A stretch of 64,000 nt of DNA from Tubulanus polymorphus (lineage: Eukaryota > Animalia > Nemertea), in the NCBI RefSeq assembly GCF_964204645.1, contig NC_134036.1, forward strand, positions 7,505,093 to 7,569,092, read 5' to 3'. The number at the start of each line of letters is the position of its first letter. Positions within the stretch are counted from its first letter, which is position 1. This document shows, piece by piece, positions 35,701 to 46,250 of this stretch. The position numbers and the translations under genes are program-made. The notes beneath the pieces are model-generated. The model worked only from the letters and a program-made list of their open reading frames with translations. It made no database searches and had not been told where the DNA came from.

Positions 35701-36662
35701 GAATGATATTAAAAAAAGTACATAGATATATTTCATTTAGTCAATCGAAGTGGTTAGAAAAATATATAGATTTTAACACCAAACAGAGAACTGAAGCTAA
35801 AACTGATTTTGAGAAAGATTTCTTCAAGTTAATGAATAATGCATTCTATGGTAAGACTTGTGAAAATATTAGAAATAGAAATGATATTGAGTTAGTTAGT
35901 AATGGTAAAAGGATAAGGCATTTACAATCATATCCTAAGTTTATAGGTAACAGAATATTTGATGAAAATTTAGCTGCAGTTAAAATGAGAAGAACTTCAA
36001 TGAAGTTCAATAAACCTATTTATGTTGGCGCTTCAGTTTTAGAATTATCAAAATTACTAATGTATGAATTCTATTATAATATATTACAACCTCATTTTGG
36101 AGAAAAACATATAGAAATACTATATTTTGATACTGACAGTTACATATTAAAGATAAAAACTGATAACATAACAGATGATTTAAAAACATTAAAACATCAT
36201 TTTGATTTCAGTAACTATCCTAAAAATCATGAATTGTTTAGCAATGATAATAAAAAAGTTCCCGGTAAATTCAAAGATGAATTAGGTGGTGAAGAAATGA
36301 TAGAGTTCATCGGTATTAGATCTAAAATGTATTCATATAAAACTAAAGAACATGAAGCTAAAAAGTTAAAAGGAATAACCAAAAGTGTAGTAGAAAAGAA
36401 TATTCATTTTAAAGATTACATCAATTGTATATTTAATGAAGAAGTTAGAAAACATAAGATGAAATGTTTAAGATCTGAAGATCATGAAATGTATATTGAA
36501 GAGATAGAGAAGATAAGTCTAAACCCATTTGATGATAAAAGATATATTTTAGATGATGGAATCCACACAGTCGCCTATGGTTGCAATTTAGATGAATATA
36601 TAAAATTCAAAAGAGAAGAAACAAAAGAAAATGAGATAATGAAAAGGATTCTAGCGTGTTAA
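32640..36662 (+). CDS. polB: Protein-primed family B DNA polymerase (1340 codons, single premature TAA at 33504-33506)
   Basis: 32640-33506 and 33852-36662 are one frame and the gap reads open. Element A has AAA at the stop position. Exo motifs YGDFES and FHNLSGYD, pol motifs YIDANNLY, KLMNNAFYGK and YFDTDS, and an endonuclease VII-like insert. Confidence 0.95.
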
Positions 36663-36690
36663 TCAATTTCAATAAAAATTTGTATAATAA

Positions 36691-37032
36691 ATGGAGAGTA
36701 AACAAGTACACAGTGAATTCTTAGATAGAATTAAAGATACTTCAAGCGTCAAATCTGTAGATTATAAATTTAAAAAACTAACTGAGTTAACAATTCACAA
36801 GAAATATTTAATTACTAACATTGAAACAATTACTAATAAATATGGAGATAAATTAGTAATTCATTTAGAATATGAAGGATTAAAAGGAAATAAATATAAA
36901 TTCAGAACTTATTTACCAGATAGATTTCATAGATTATCAAGTGAAGATTTAGAAGAATTATGTTCTGGTGATTTCTATTTCGTATACAAAGGTAAGAATG
37001 AAAAAGGGCACCATGAAATAGATTTCGAATAA
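36691..37032 (+). CDS. Conserved hypothetical protein, 113 aa
   Basis: Homologue of 16931-17272. Confidence 0.75.
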   Translation: MESKQVHSEFLDRIKDTSSVKSVDYKFKKLTELTIHKKYLITNIETITNKYGDKLVIHLEYEGLKGNKYKFRTYLPDRFHRLSSEDLEELCSGDFYFVYKGKNEKGHHEIDFE

Positions 37033-37049
37033 GAAAATATGTAAAATAA

Positions 37050-37799
37050 ATGGTGGAATTAAAAGAATACAGAATATTTGTAGATTCTAGAAAACTTACA
37101 AATTATAAATCTCATAATTTACTAGTTCAATTAGATAGAGAATTTAAGAATTGTGTAGATTTAAAATTAGTTAATATAAGTTTATGTAATTCTTTTTACA
37201 ATGTATCGGATAAAACTTTTGAACATAGAGGGTTTATGATTTATATGAGAAATAAAGATAAATGGTTTCATATATTTTTAAAACCAGGATTATATAATTT
37301 AGAATCATTAGCGCAGGAAATTAATAGAAGAGCTCGGTTGAAAATCGGGGGCACTTCTGTATTTGAAATTAAATTTAATAAAATTGATAGTACTAATAAA
37401 ATAAGAATAAAGATATCTAATGAACAACATAAATTTATGGTAAACAAACCACTGGCTAAAATGTTAGGAATTAAACCGCTTACAGTTACTGGAAACGCAG
37501 AAGGCAGCTCAAAACCTTTTACACACTTTTATATTTATTGCAATTTAATCGAGCCTACAAAAACTTTCGAAGCAACTAAAGAAACAATTTGTAATTCTAG
37601 TATACTAAATATTTTACCGCTAAAAAATGTTAAACAATTTGGAACTCAAATAAATTATAATTTAACAGAATGTGATTTTAAACCATGCATTCCTAAATTT
37701 AATAATTTTAAATTAGAAATTAGAAATCAAAATGGATATTTAATTGATTTGAATAACTTTCCTGTGATATATGAATTAGTTATAAGATGTAAAGAGTAA
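37050..37799 (+). CDS. Minor capsid protein (penton, putative)
   Basis: IFVDSR, PGLYN, FYIYCNLI and LEIRNQNGYLIDLNN. Confidence 0.8.
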   Translation: MVELKEYRIFVDSRKLTNYKSHNLLVQLDREFKNCVDLKLVNISLCNSFYNVSDKTFEHRGFMIYMRNKDKWFHIFLKPGLYNLESLAQEINRRARLKIGGTSVFEIKFNKIDSTNKIRIKISNEQHKFMVNKPLAKMLGIKPLTVTGNAEGSSKPFTHFYIYCNLIEPTKTFEATKETICNSSILNILPLKNVKQFGTQINYNLTECDFKPCIPKFNNFKLEIRNQNGYLIDLNNFPVIYELVIRCKE

Positions 37800-37815
37800 T
37801 TTTTTCACTATATAA

Positions 37816-38163
37816 ATGAATATAACTGTCGGACCGAGTATATGTTTTGGATTTGATTTTAAACGTGAGAAAGAAATGAAATTAAACGTTAATGATGTAA
37901 TTACACATATTAAAAATATTGCATTTTCTAATGAAACAACATTTGAGTATGAAACAACAATAGATAAAGAAACTTTTAATGTAGAAAAGATTACTGAGTC
38001 TTTAAGATTTTACGAATTAGATGAAGATTTTATCATCGATGATATTAAAAAAATAATAATTGAAATATATGATAATCATAAAACTAGTAATGAAATAAAT
38101 GTTGAATTAATCATAAATAAGTTAACTAAATATTTTGATGATAGTAATTTTTTTGATAAATAA
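37816..38163 (+). CDS. Hypothetical protein, 115 aa
   Basis: Homologue of 15795-16136 with a divergent middle. Confidence 0.75.
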   Translation: MNITVGPSICFGFDFKREKEMKLNVNDVITHIKNIAFSNETTFEYETTIDKETFNVEKITESLRFYELDEDFIIDDIKKIIIEIYDNHKTSNEINVELIINKLTKYFDDSNFFDK

Positions 38164-38385
38164 ATGAGTGATAATAAGTGGATAATAACTGGATTATATA
38201 ATGGCGCATTACTATCAGTTGGAACGGTTGGTTATTCAATGGTATTAAAAAAAGTATTCAAAATGGGAAGTGTTAATGTTGATAGATTTGATATCAATGA
38301 TATTCTAAAATTAACATTAGCAGTTACTTTATCTAATTTAACTATTGATTATTTGGAAAAACAAAAATATATTCCTCCCATATAA
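38164..38385 (+). CDS. Small hydrophobic protein, 73 aa
   Basis: Identical to the element A copy. Confidence 0.8.
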   Translation: MSDNKWIITGLYNGALLSVGTVGYSMVLKKVFKMGSVNVDRFDINDILKLTLAVTLSNLTIDYLEKQKYIPPI

Positions 38386-38410
38386 ATGCATAATTTTTTT
38401 TGCTAAATAA

Positions 38411-38833
38411 ATGGCTTCTGCAATTATAACTATTATAGGATCGGCAATTGTTAACGCTTTAGCATTTACTGGTGGTGGTTATTTATTTAAACATATTGAT
38501 AAAAATAGTTCATTAGGAGAACAAAGAAGACATAATTTAGCGTTAGAGAAATATAATAAAGCTGCAGAAGAATATAGAGAAAAGAGGCAAAACTGTATGG
38601 ATTACATCAATAAAGAATTATATGATCAGAAGATTTCACGTAGAGATTTTCAATCAGTTGATGATGCAATGAGTTTATATAACGCGGTAACCAATAAAGA
38701 AAAATTACATCTATACAAACCTAAATTATCAGATTATTATACCCCAAGTAAAGAACAACAGAAATATGAAATAATATGGATTTTAGGTGGAACTGTTATT
38801 GTTATATTTGTTGCTTATAAGTTTACTAATTAG
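38411..38833 (+). CDS. Membrane protein, 140 aa
   Basis: Hydrophobic termini with a central coiled coil. Confidence 0.85.
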   Translation: MASAIITIIGSAIVNALAFTGGGYLFKHIDKNSSLGEQRRHNLALEKYNKAAEEYREKRQNCMDYINKELYDQKISRRDFQSVDDAMSLYNAVTNKEKLHLYKPKLSDYYTPSKEQQKYEIIWILGGTVIVIFVAYKFTN

Positions 38834-38852
38834 TAATTTTTATTCTAAATAA

Positions 38853-39287
38853 ATGGAAGATAAAGTTGATAATATTGATATTATTCCTCATGATATAAAT
38901 AAAACTAAATTAAAAACATATTTAGAAAAACAAATATTAGAATTTGAAAGTGACTTAAAGATAAAAAAGAAAAAATATTTAAAAAGTAAAATTATATATT
39001 ATTTGATTATAAGTGGTTCGGTTACAATTAGTTCTGTAATAACATTTCTAGCAATATTCAGTCCATTAACACCTTTAGCTATATCAATTGGTGTATTAGG
39101 ATTAAGTTCAAGTGTTTTAACTGGTATAAGTTCAAAATTAAATATAAAAAGTAATAAAGAAAAAATTAAAACTAATATAAAAGAAATTAATAAATTAAAG
39201 AATACACTAGATTATATAATAAGTTTAAATGGTCATATAACAGTTGAAGAACAAGATAAATTATTAAAAGAATTAATAAATTATTAA
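38853..39287 (+). CDS. Two-TM coiled-coil protein, 144 aa
   Basis: Hydrophobic hairpin IIYYLIISGSV...LGLSSSVLTGI. Confidence 0.85.
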   Translation: MEDKVDNIDIIPHDINKTKLKTYLEKQILEFESDLKIKKKKYLKSKIIYYLIISGSVTISSVITFLAIFSPLTPLAISIGVLGLSSSVLTGISSKLNIKSNKEKIKTNIKEINKLKNTLDYIISLNGHITVEEQDKLLKELINY

Positions 39288-39303
39288 TTTTTTAATTATA
39301 TAA

Positions 39304-40605
39304 ATGGGGTTTCCAAAAGCTTTCCAATATAATAAATCAATTAAATATAATATTCCGGCAATAGATTTTAAGAAAAATATTACATATAAAAATATAGTTT
39401 TAAATTCATTAACTAATTTAGAAATTTATGTTAATGAATCACAGTTTTTTATTTCTAAAATGGAAAATATATTTAATACATATGAAGTTACTTTTACTCG
39501 AGATGAATATCATATATATAAAGTAAAATCTAATATGAAATATTGGCAGAATCAATTAAATTTTGCTGTTTATTGTGCAACAACAGGATGTGGAATAAGT
39601 TGGAATGATCATTTAAATAACTTAGATAAAAATTTAAAGTATTCTGATTTAAAATTAATTCACACAATATTTAGATTTCACACATATTTTCAAATCAGAA
39701 TAATATTAAATGAATTAGAATGTCCTTTACCCGGGTCTAAATATTTTAAAGAATTAGATAATAATATTAATATATCCAAGTTTTATAAAATATGTAATGA
39801 ATTTAATATAAATATTAATTCCGATTTCAGAGCGCATGGTAAATTGCAAGGTGTTGGTGAAGAGTACGAAATAAAAAGAATTGATTATATGCATAGAATT
39901 TCAGCTTATCATAATTATAAAATTGATAATAATAATGGTTGGGTTAATTTCATTTTAGAAAATGGTGAAGGTTTTACAAAATCAGGTATACAAAGAATAA
40001 ATCAATCTATTAGAATTTATTTGATATGTATTTTAGGCGCCCAAGTTGAAACAAGATCCCCAATAATTGGAAATGATAACACTTCATTCGATGCGCAGAA
40101 ACAGTTTAAAGTTTTATTTGAAGATTCAATTCATAATGATAAAAATAGATCGATTCCAGAAAACATTATAAGATATCAAAATTATTTAGATAAATCTCAT
40201 GTAAGACTTAATTATTGTATAGGCCCTAATCTATTAATTATTTCTAATGATTTAGTATTAAAGATGGGAAATATAATTGGTTATAATAATCTAATTAAAA
40301 CTGCAACAATAAATAATTCATTTGGGTTAAATGATATAAATAAAAAGATTATTACTGCTCCAAAATTAATGGAAGGTGAAAAAAATAAAAAACACATTCA
40401 ATCAACAGAAACTAAAACGAATAATATTAAATTAAATAATGATTCTAAAATAAAAGATTATAATACATCAGAAGATATAAAAACTGATAAAATTCAACAT
40501 GATATAATTAAACTAAATGATGATAATAAATCCCATGAAAATACTAAATTAGCTATAACTTGTATAGGAATTGTAATCGGAGGAATATTATATTTTAAAT
40601 TTTAA
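39304..40605 (+). CDS. Polinton conserved protein, 433 aa, with C-terminal membrane anchor
   Basis: WQNQLNFAVYCATTGCGISW motif and a terminal TM helix. Confidence 0.85.
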   Translation: MGFPKAFQYNKSIKYNIPAIDFKKNITYKNIVLNSLTNLEIYVNESQFFISKMENIFNTYEVTFTRDEYHIYKVKSNMKYWQNQLNFAVYCATTGCGISWNDHLNNLDKNLKYSDLKLIHTIFRFHTYFQIRIILNELECPLPGSKYFKELDNNINISKFYKICNEFNININSDFRAHGKLQGVGEEYEIKRIDYMHRISAYHNYKIDNNNGWVNFILENGEGFTKSGIQRINQSIRIYLICILGAQVETRSPIIGNDNTSFDAQKQFKVLFEDSIHNDKNRSIPENIIRYQNYLDKSHVRLNYCIGPNLLIISNDLVLKMGNIIGYNNLIKTATINNSFGLNDINKKIITAPKLMEGEKNKKHIQSTETKTNNIKLNNDSKIKDYNTSEDIKTDKIQHDIIKLNDDNKSHENTKLAITCIGIVIGGILYFKF

Positions 40606-40622
40606 TTTTTTTTATTATGTAA

Positions 40623-42086
40623 ATGGATGTAGAAGGTGGAGAAGATTATGAAATGGGAGAAATGGGAAATAATAATGAAGGATATATTGATGATGATTAT
40701 AATGATGCAGAAACTAATATTGATAATGATGATGAATCAGCATATAATTCTAATTTAGCAGATAGTGGTTCTAAAGCCCCATCAACAGATGAATTTGATA
40801 GAAGAACTAGATCGAGAATAAATCCTGAAAATGAAAATCAAGGTTTAAAAAAGGAAGATTTAGAAAATATTGGATTTATATATAAGTTTCAACGTGTATT
40901 TAAAGATTCTGGATATAATATAAATAATAGAGGCGCCAGACTTTTAGTACAAGATTTAAAGTTTTTAGATGGTGAATATTATTATCGTTTGAAAGATGAT
41001 TATTATATTGATATCTCTTATAAAAAAGGAGAAAAAATTATAGCAAAATCAACTTTGCTTAAGTCTGACTCATTACTATCTAGAATTAAGAGAATAAGAA
41101 ATAGTAATGAAATAGAAGATGTAACGCAAGAAGAAATGAAAAAAAATAGAAAAGAATTCAAACAAAGAATTAATGAATTATTTGAAACAATCGATAATAA
41201 TTTAGAAACAGAAACAACTTCTGAACAGAATATAACTTCCAAAACTAGTAAACTTAAATCAAACACTGAAGTTCAAACTGAAAAACTTTTACCGAATGGA
41301 TTACTTGATGCAACAGATCAAGAAATAGAAGCTTTAAGTATGTTTTCTAAAAAAACAATTAGAGAAATAATAAGTATACGAAATGATGCCGATAAAATTG
41401 CTCGCGAAAAACATATTAGATATAATAAAATTAAACCTTTAGAAAATAAATTATTTGACACCAGAAAAGAATTAGAACAATTAAAATTAGATAGAGAATT
41501 TAAAGTTATTGAAGAAATTGAATTTAAAAAAAGAAATGCATATTTAGAAAAAGAAATTGATGATTTAGAATATAACATAGAATTTCAGAAAGAAAAAATG
41601 AAATTATTATTAAAATCATATGATTATTGTATTAATAGATTAAAAGTTGTTGTTAAAGAGTTAATACTAAAACCAAATTCTGACATATCATTAAAAGATA
41701 GAATAAAATTATTATTTAAGTTTGAAGGAATAACAGTTCTTTCAATTCTAACAGCTGTAACTATGTTATTTACAACAATTGGTTTAGCTATATCAAATTC
41801 ACTGAAACCTACTCCTACTCCCAATAAACCGGATAAACCTCCAGGTAATAATTCTATACAAGATAAAGTTAAAGATGGTTTAAAGAAATTAGCAAAATAT
41901 TTATGGGAACTATCTAAAAAATCTGCTGCAGCATTGCCAGGAGTTATTGCTTCAATTGTTGGTTTTATATTGAAATCTGCAGGAAACATTATTAACTTTG
42001 CTGCTGAACATATTATTTTATTTTTAATTACAGTTGTAAGTGCTATTATTTTTGGTTTAGTAAATATGATATCAAAAAATAAATAA
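40623..42086 (+). CDS. Acidic / coiled-coil / multi-TM protein, 487 aa
   Basis: Acidic N-terminus, long heptad region, and 2-3 hydrophobic helices around a Pro-rich linker. Confidence 0.85.
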   Translation: MDVEGGEDYEMGEMGNNNEGYIDDDYNDAETNIDNDDESAYNSNLADSGSKAPSTDEFDRRTRSRINPENENQGLKKEDLENIGFIYKFQRVFKDSGYNINNRGARLLVQDLKFLDGEYYYRLKDDYYIDISYKKGEKIIAKSTLLKSDSLLSRIKRIRNSNEIEDVTQEEMKKNRKEFKQRINELFETIDNNLETETTSEQNITSKTSKLKSNTEVQTEKLLPNGLLDATDQEIEALSMFSKKTIREIISIRNDADKIAREKHIRYNKIKPLENKLFDTRKELEQLKLDREFKVIEEIEFKKRNAYLEKEIDDLEYNIEFQKEKMKLLLKSYDYCINRLKVVVKELILKPNSDISLKDRIKLLFKFEGITVLSILTAVTMLFTTIGLAISNSLKPTPTPNKPDKPPGNNSIQDKVKDGLKKLAKYLWELSKKSAAALPGVIASIVGFILKSAGNIINFAAEHIILFLITVVSAIIFGLVNMISKNK

Positions 42087-42107
42087 TTAATTTTTTTTGT
42101 TAAATAA

Positions 42108-43355
42108 ATGAGTGGGAGTTATATAAGTCCTTCGAAGAATCATAGAATATCTAATGCTATTAAAGCAGAAAGATCACATCATATAATTACTCATAACCCT
42201 TCAAATATTAATCCCGATGAAACTTTATATGTTAGAATTCCTAGATTAACACAAAATACTTTTTATGTTCCAAACAGTATTTATTTATCAGCTGATATAA
42301 AAGTAATCGGTAATAATAATAATTATGTCGTTGATAATGTTGGAAGATATTTGATTAAAAAGTTAACAATAAAGATTGGTCCGGAAACGGTTTTCTCATT
42401 AGATGATTATAATTTATTTATGCATTATAAAGATTTATGGTTAACTAAAGAAAATAGAAATAATATGATATTTCAGGGTATTCAATCAGAAAACCAAAAT
42501 AAATTAAGATCAGAAGCTAATAGCGCAATATTAACTAATGATGTAGATAAATTGATAAAAAGTATATATGGAAGTAAATATAAAATTCCATTAGACTTTG
42601 AATTGATAAATAATAATGCACCTTTATATAAATACGCAATTCAAGAAGACGTTATATTTGAAATAACATTTGCTCCTGTAAATGAAATTGTATTATCTAG
42701 CGTTGTTAAAGATATGAGTTATAAATTATCGAATATATGTTTAGATTATGACACAGTAACTGATGAAAATATTACAAGTATAATTCAAACTCAATACAAT
42801 CAAGGGTTTTCATTATTATATGATTATATTGATAAATTTAAAACTGTAACTATTAATGCAAATGATGAAATAATTAATGAGAATATTAACTTCCCTAGAA
42901 GATCTATTAAAGGTATATTAATATTTTTTACCATTGGAACGTATACTAATGGTGCAATAAATGTTGACAATTATTATAATCCTGAAATAACAAAAGTAGA
43001 AATAACTATCGAAGGAATAGCAAATAAAATATTTTGTCAAGGAATGAGAATGATTGATCAATGGCCAGAAATTAGAAAACATTTTATGAATGAAAAAGTG
43101 AAATCATCTGAAAATTGTAACATTAATCAAATTGATTATTATACCGGTAATAAATATGCATTATGGTTAGATTTTAGAACAACTGAAGATAATTCATTAC
43201 ATGGTTCTGGAAAAAAACTACAGAACACTAAAGATGGAATACAATTATTCATGACAAAGAATAAAGGAATCAAAAATTTTAAAATGCACATTTATATTAT
43301 ATCTGACGCGCAATTAAATATTGTAAATTCACAATTAGATAGTGTTATGTATTAA
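42108..43355 (+). CDS. Major capsid protein (double jelly-roll, putative)
   Basis: 415 aa, same motifs as 10188-11435. Confidence 0.8.
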   Translation: MSGSYISPSKNHRISNAIKAERSHHIITHNPSNINPDETLYVRIPRLTQNTFYVPNSIYLSADIKVIGNNNNYVVDNVGRYLIKKLTIKIGPETVFSLDDYNLFMHYKDLWLTKENRNNMIFQGIQSENQNKLRSEANSAILTNDVDKLIKSIYGSKYKIPLDFELINNNAPLYKYAIQEDVIFEITFAPVNEIVLSSVVKDMSYKLSNICLDYDTVTDENITSIIQTQYNQGFSLLYDYIDKFKTVTINANDEIINENINFPRRSIKGILIFFTIGTYTNGAINVDNYYNPEITKVEITIEGIANKIFCQGMRMIDQWPEIRKHFMNEKVKSSENCNINQIDYYTGNKYALWLDFRTTEDNSLHGSGKKLQNTKDGIQLFMTKNKGIKNFKMHIYIISDAQLNIVNSQLDSVMY

Positions 43356-43387
43356 AATTTTAACTTTAATAAAAATATATATAATAA

Positions 43388-44362
43388 ATGGAAGGAGGTA
43401 AAGTATATGAAAGAATCAAAGCTGATAAAGAAATCAATGATAATTTGTATTATGTAATACCTTATAAAAGAATAAATGAATATATTGGAACATTTTTATT
43501 AAATGAATTAAATCAATACAAAGAATATTTAATTGAACGTAATAATAATAAAAGTGGTGTTGTTAATAATAGTGTAATTGATAATAATGTAATACCTACT
43601 ACTACATCTGTAATACCTACTACATCTGTAATACCTACTACATCTGTAATACCTACTACATCTGTAATACCTACTACATCTGTAATACCTACTATATCTG
43701 TAATACCCTCTACATCTAATAATGTAATACCTTCTACATCTAATAATAAAATAATATTAGATGTTAGTGAAAATAGAAATTATTGTGGTTATTGTAATGG
43801 TGAATTTTCAAACGCTCCATCAAATTGGAATAAACATATGAATACAAATTCACATATTACTAATGTTATAGAACGTGTTGGTTTAAGAGAATTTATAGAA
43901 CACCCATTTAGATATGTTACAAAATTTGTTTCAAATAAAAAAGTAAATGGTAAAGAATTATATAAAGATTTTTTATTAGCAACACCTAATAAAGATGAAT
44001 TAGATTTAACCGATGCTAATGAAATATTAGGATCAAACACTGTAAATGAAATATTAGGAGCAAACACTAATAAAGATGATAATGAAAATGGTACCATACG
44101 CCCACATGGTGATATAATTACAGATAAACATATTGATAATAAAGATTCTATGAAACATAAAGAAGAAACTATTGATGATATAATAGAAAGGATGAATAAG
44201 TTTAAAAATGAAACAACTATTGATGATGCGGTAAAAAGGGTGAAGAATAAGTATAAAAATAATGAAGAATTTGAAGAAGAAAATTCGGTAGAGCATTTAA
44301 ATATGTTGTTAGGGTCTGATAGTGAAAGTGATTCAGAAAGTAATTATCTAACACTCGAATAA
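43388..44362 (+). CDS. Variable protein with VIPTTS repeats, one Zn finger and an acidic tail
   Basis: 18-bp repeats at ~43589-43742 and CGYC...H.....H. Confidence 0.75.
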   Translation: MEGGKVYERIKADKEINDNLYYVIPYKRINEYIGTFLLNELNQYKEYLIERNNNKSGVVNNSVIDNNVIPTTTSVIPTTSVIPTTSVIPTTSVIPTTSVIPTISVIPSTSNNVIPSTSNNKIILDVSENRNYCGYCNGEFSNAPSNWNKHMNTNSHITNVIERVGLREFIEHPFRYVTKFVSNKKVNGKELYKDFLLATPNKDELDLTDANEILGSNTVNEILGANTNKDDNENGTIRPHGDIITDKHIDNKDSMKHKEETIDDIIERMNKFKNETTIDDAVKRVKNKYKNNEEFEEENSVEHLNMLLGSDSESDSESNYLTLE

Positions 44363-44418
44363 TAAAAGTTGAAAATTGTATAAAATAATAGTAAATAAAA
44401 AAAGGTTTTAATTATTTA

Positions 44419-44545
44419 AGGTATCTAATAGGGTATCAGGTATTAGGGCATCTAATGGGGTATTAGGTATTAAGGTATCTAATGGGGTATTAGGTATTAG
44501 GGTATCTAATACATAGGTATTAGGGTATCTAATACATAGGTATAC
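44419..44545. repeat. GGTAT-based short repeat cluster between convergent genes
   Basis: Reiterated GGGTATCTAAT and GGTATTAG. Confidence 0.85.
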
Positions 44546-44551
44546 AAATAG

Positions 44552-45166
44552 TTATTTTATAAATTTATATTCATATGGAAATTGTAATCTCATAAGTAAT
44601 TTGGAACCTTTATTATTTTTTAATTTATTCATATATTCATCATGTAATTCAGTAGGTATAATTTGATTTTCTTCTAATGATTGTTGCATAGATTTTCTAT
44701 CTTTGTTGTAGAATAAAACTAGAAATCTTATATTCTCTCTAAAGTCTTTCACAATTGAATTATATTTCTGATTTAAAACCCATGTTGTTATCCCAAAATG
44801 TCTACCAGAGAAAGCTAAATAACATAACTCACTTTCTCTAATTTTAGAATCATGTAAATTTGCGCAATCATCAATAATAAATAATGTATTAGATCCTTTA
44901 TAAATATCTAATGCAATTTTTATACAATTATCTAAATTATCTTTTACTGTTTTAGAATTTAATATAATAAACTTTTTATCTTTAAAAACTATATCTCTAT
45001 TATACGTTTCATTCATTTCATAAGTTGGGCAGAATAATATTATATTATCGAAATGATTTTTATAAATAGTTTCTAATAAATATAATATGAAGTGTGTTTT
45101 ACCACAATTTGTAACTCCAGTAACTAACATATTATGAGGTTCAAATATAAATAAATCTTTATTCAT
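44552..45166 (-). CDS. A32/FtsK-like packaging ATPase
   Basis: GVTNCGKT, LFIIDD and GRHFG. Confidence 0.93.
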   Translation of the reverse strand: MNKDLFIFEPHNMLVTGVTNCGKTHFILYLLETIYKNHFDNIILFCPTYEMNETYNRDIVFKDKKFIILNSKTVKDNLDNCIKIALDIYKGSNTLFIIDDCANLHDSKIRESELCYLAFSGRHFGITTWVLNQKYNSIVKDFRENIRFLVLFYNKDRKSMQQSLEENQIIPTELHDEYMNKLKNNKGSKLLMRLQFPYEYKFIK

Positions 45167-46244
45167 TTATTCTTTTAATTTTACCAGATAAAATCCATTC
45201 ATTAAATTTATCATCATATCCTTTATATTTCACCAAAGAATACTTTTTTCCTTTAAGAGTTTTAGTTTTCAATACTTTTTCTATTTTGTATTCTATTTCA
45301 TCTGGATTTGGTACTAATGATAATTCTTGTTCATAAAAATAACCTAATATTTCTTCATCTTTTAAATCAAACAATTTATAAACAAATGGTTTAGTTAATA
45401 TTATCTTTTTAATCTTGAATATTTCTTCAGTAAAATTTGGGGTATAACCTTTATAAAATGTTTTTCTATATTTAGAAATTCTAACATGTTGTCCTATTTT
45501 AAATTTAGGTTCTCCAAAATCATGTGTAACAAACGCTCCATATAAATTATTCCAAACTATTTCTGAATTTTCTTCTTTTCTAGCTTGTATAGGTTTCATA
45601 TTTATAGAACTATGTTTAGAATTATTATAACCTTTAACTAAATCATCTAATACATTGATATATTTATATGTTTCGTTAGCAGTAAAATATTTCCACATTC
45701 TAGCTTTCAATGTTTTATTAAATCTTTCTATAATAGATGCTTTTTTATCTGAGTGTGTTGAAAAATATTCTACATCGTTATCAGTTAATAGTTTTTTAAA
45801 ATGTTTGTTATAAAATTCTTTACCTTCATCAAATTGTATTTTATCTGGAATAGCTTCTTTAAATATTAATTTGAAAGAATTTGTAACTTCTATACCAGTT
45901 TTATTTTTAATCGGGATACTCCATGCGTATCTACTGAATATATCTATAACATTTAGTATCCAAAAATATCCTTTGTTATATTCTTCTAAGTTTTTCATGT
46001 CAATTAAATCAGCTTGCCATTGTTGATCGATATATGAAACCATTACTTTTCTTGTTAAATATTTTTTATCCATCTTTTTATGAATTTGATATGTGGGTTG
46101 ATTTTGTAACCATGATTTTAATTCACTATATTTTATTTTTTCTTTATCAGATTTAATTTTATCCCATAATTCCGAAACATTTGAATATGAAACTTCACTT
46201 TCTGGGTTGTAATATAACGCTCTTAAATATTGTTCTTTTTTCAT
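45159..46244 (-). CDS. int: rve integrase with chromodomain
   Basis: Intact DDE motifs and a C-terminal chromodomain. Confidence 0.96.
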   Translation of the reverse strand: MKKEQYLRALYYNPESEVSYSNVSELWDKIKSDKEKIKYSELKSWLQNQPTYQIHKKMDKKYLTRKVMVSYIDQQWQADLIDMKNLEEYNKGYFWILNVIDIFSRYAWSIPIKNKTGIEVTNSFKLIFKEAIPDKIQFDEGKEFYNKHFKKLLTDNDVEYFSTHSDKKASIIERFNKTLKARMWKYFTANETYKYINVLDDLVKGYNNSKHSSINMKPIQARKEENSEIVWNNLYGAFVTHDFGEPKFKIGQHVRISKYRKTFYKGYTPNFTEEIFKIKKIILTKPFVYKLFDLKDEEILGYFYEQELSLVPNPDEIEYKIEKVLKTKTLKGKKYSLVKYKGYDDKFNEWILSGKIKRINE

Positions 46245-46250
46245 CTTATT

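Noticed and set aside
41018-41989. Antisense ORFs over the viral genes (also 11475-11978, 12061-12456, 3436-3768, 48105-48437, 43789-44296)
   Set aside because: They are shadows of codon bias on the coding strand, with no TAAATG starts and low-complexity F/S/I/L composition.
44419-44545. Interstitial telomere (TTAGGG occurs)
   Set aside because: The few TTAGGG are isolated parts of a GGTAT-based repeat, not tandem telomeric units.
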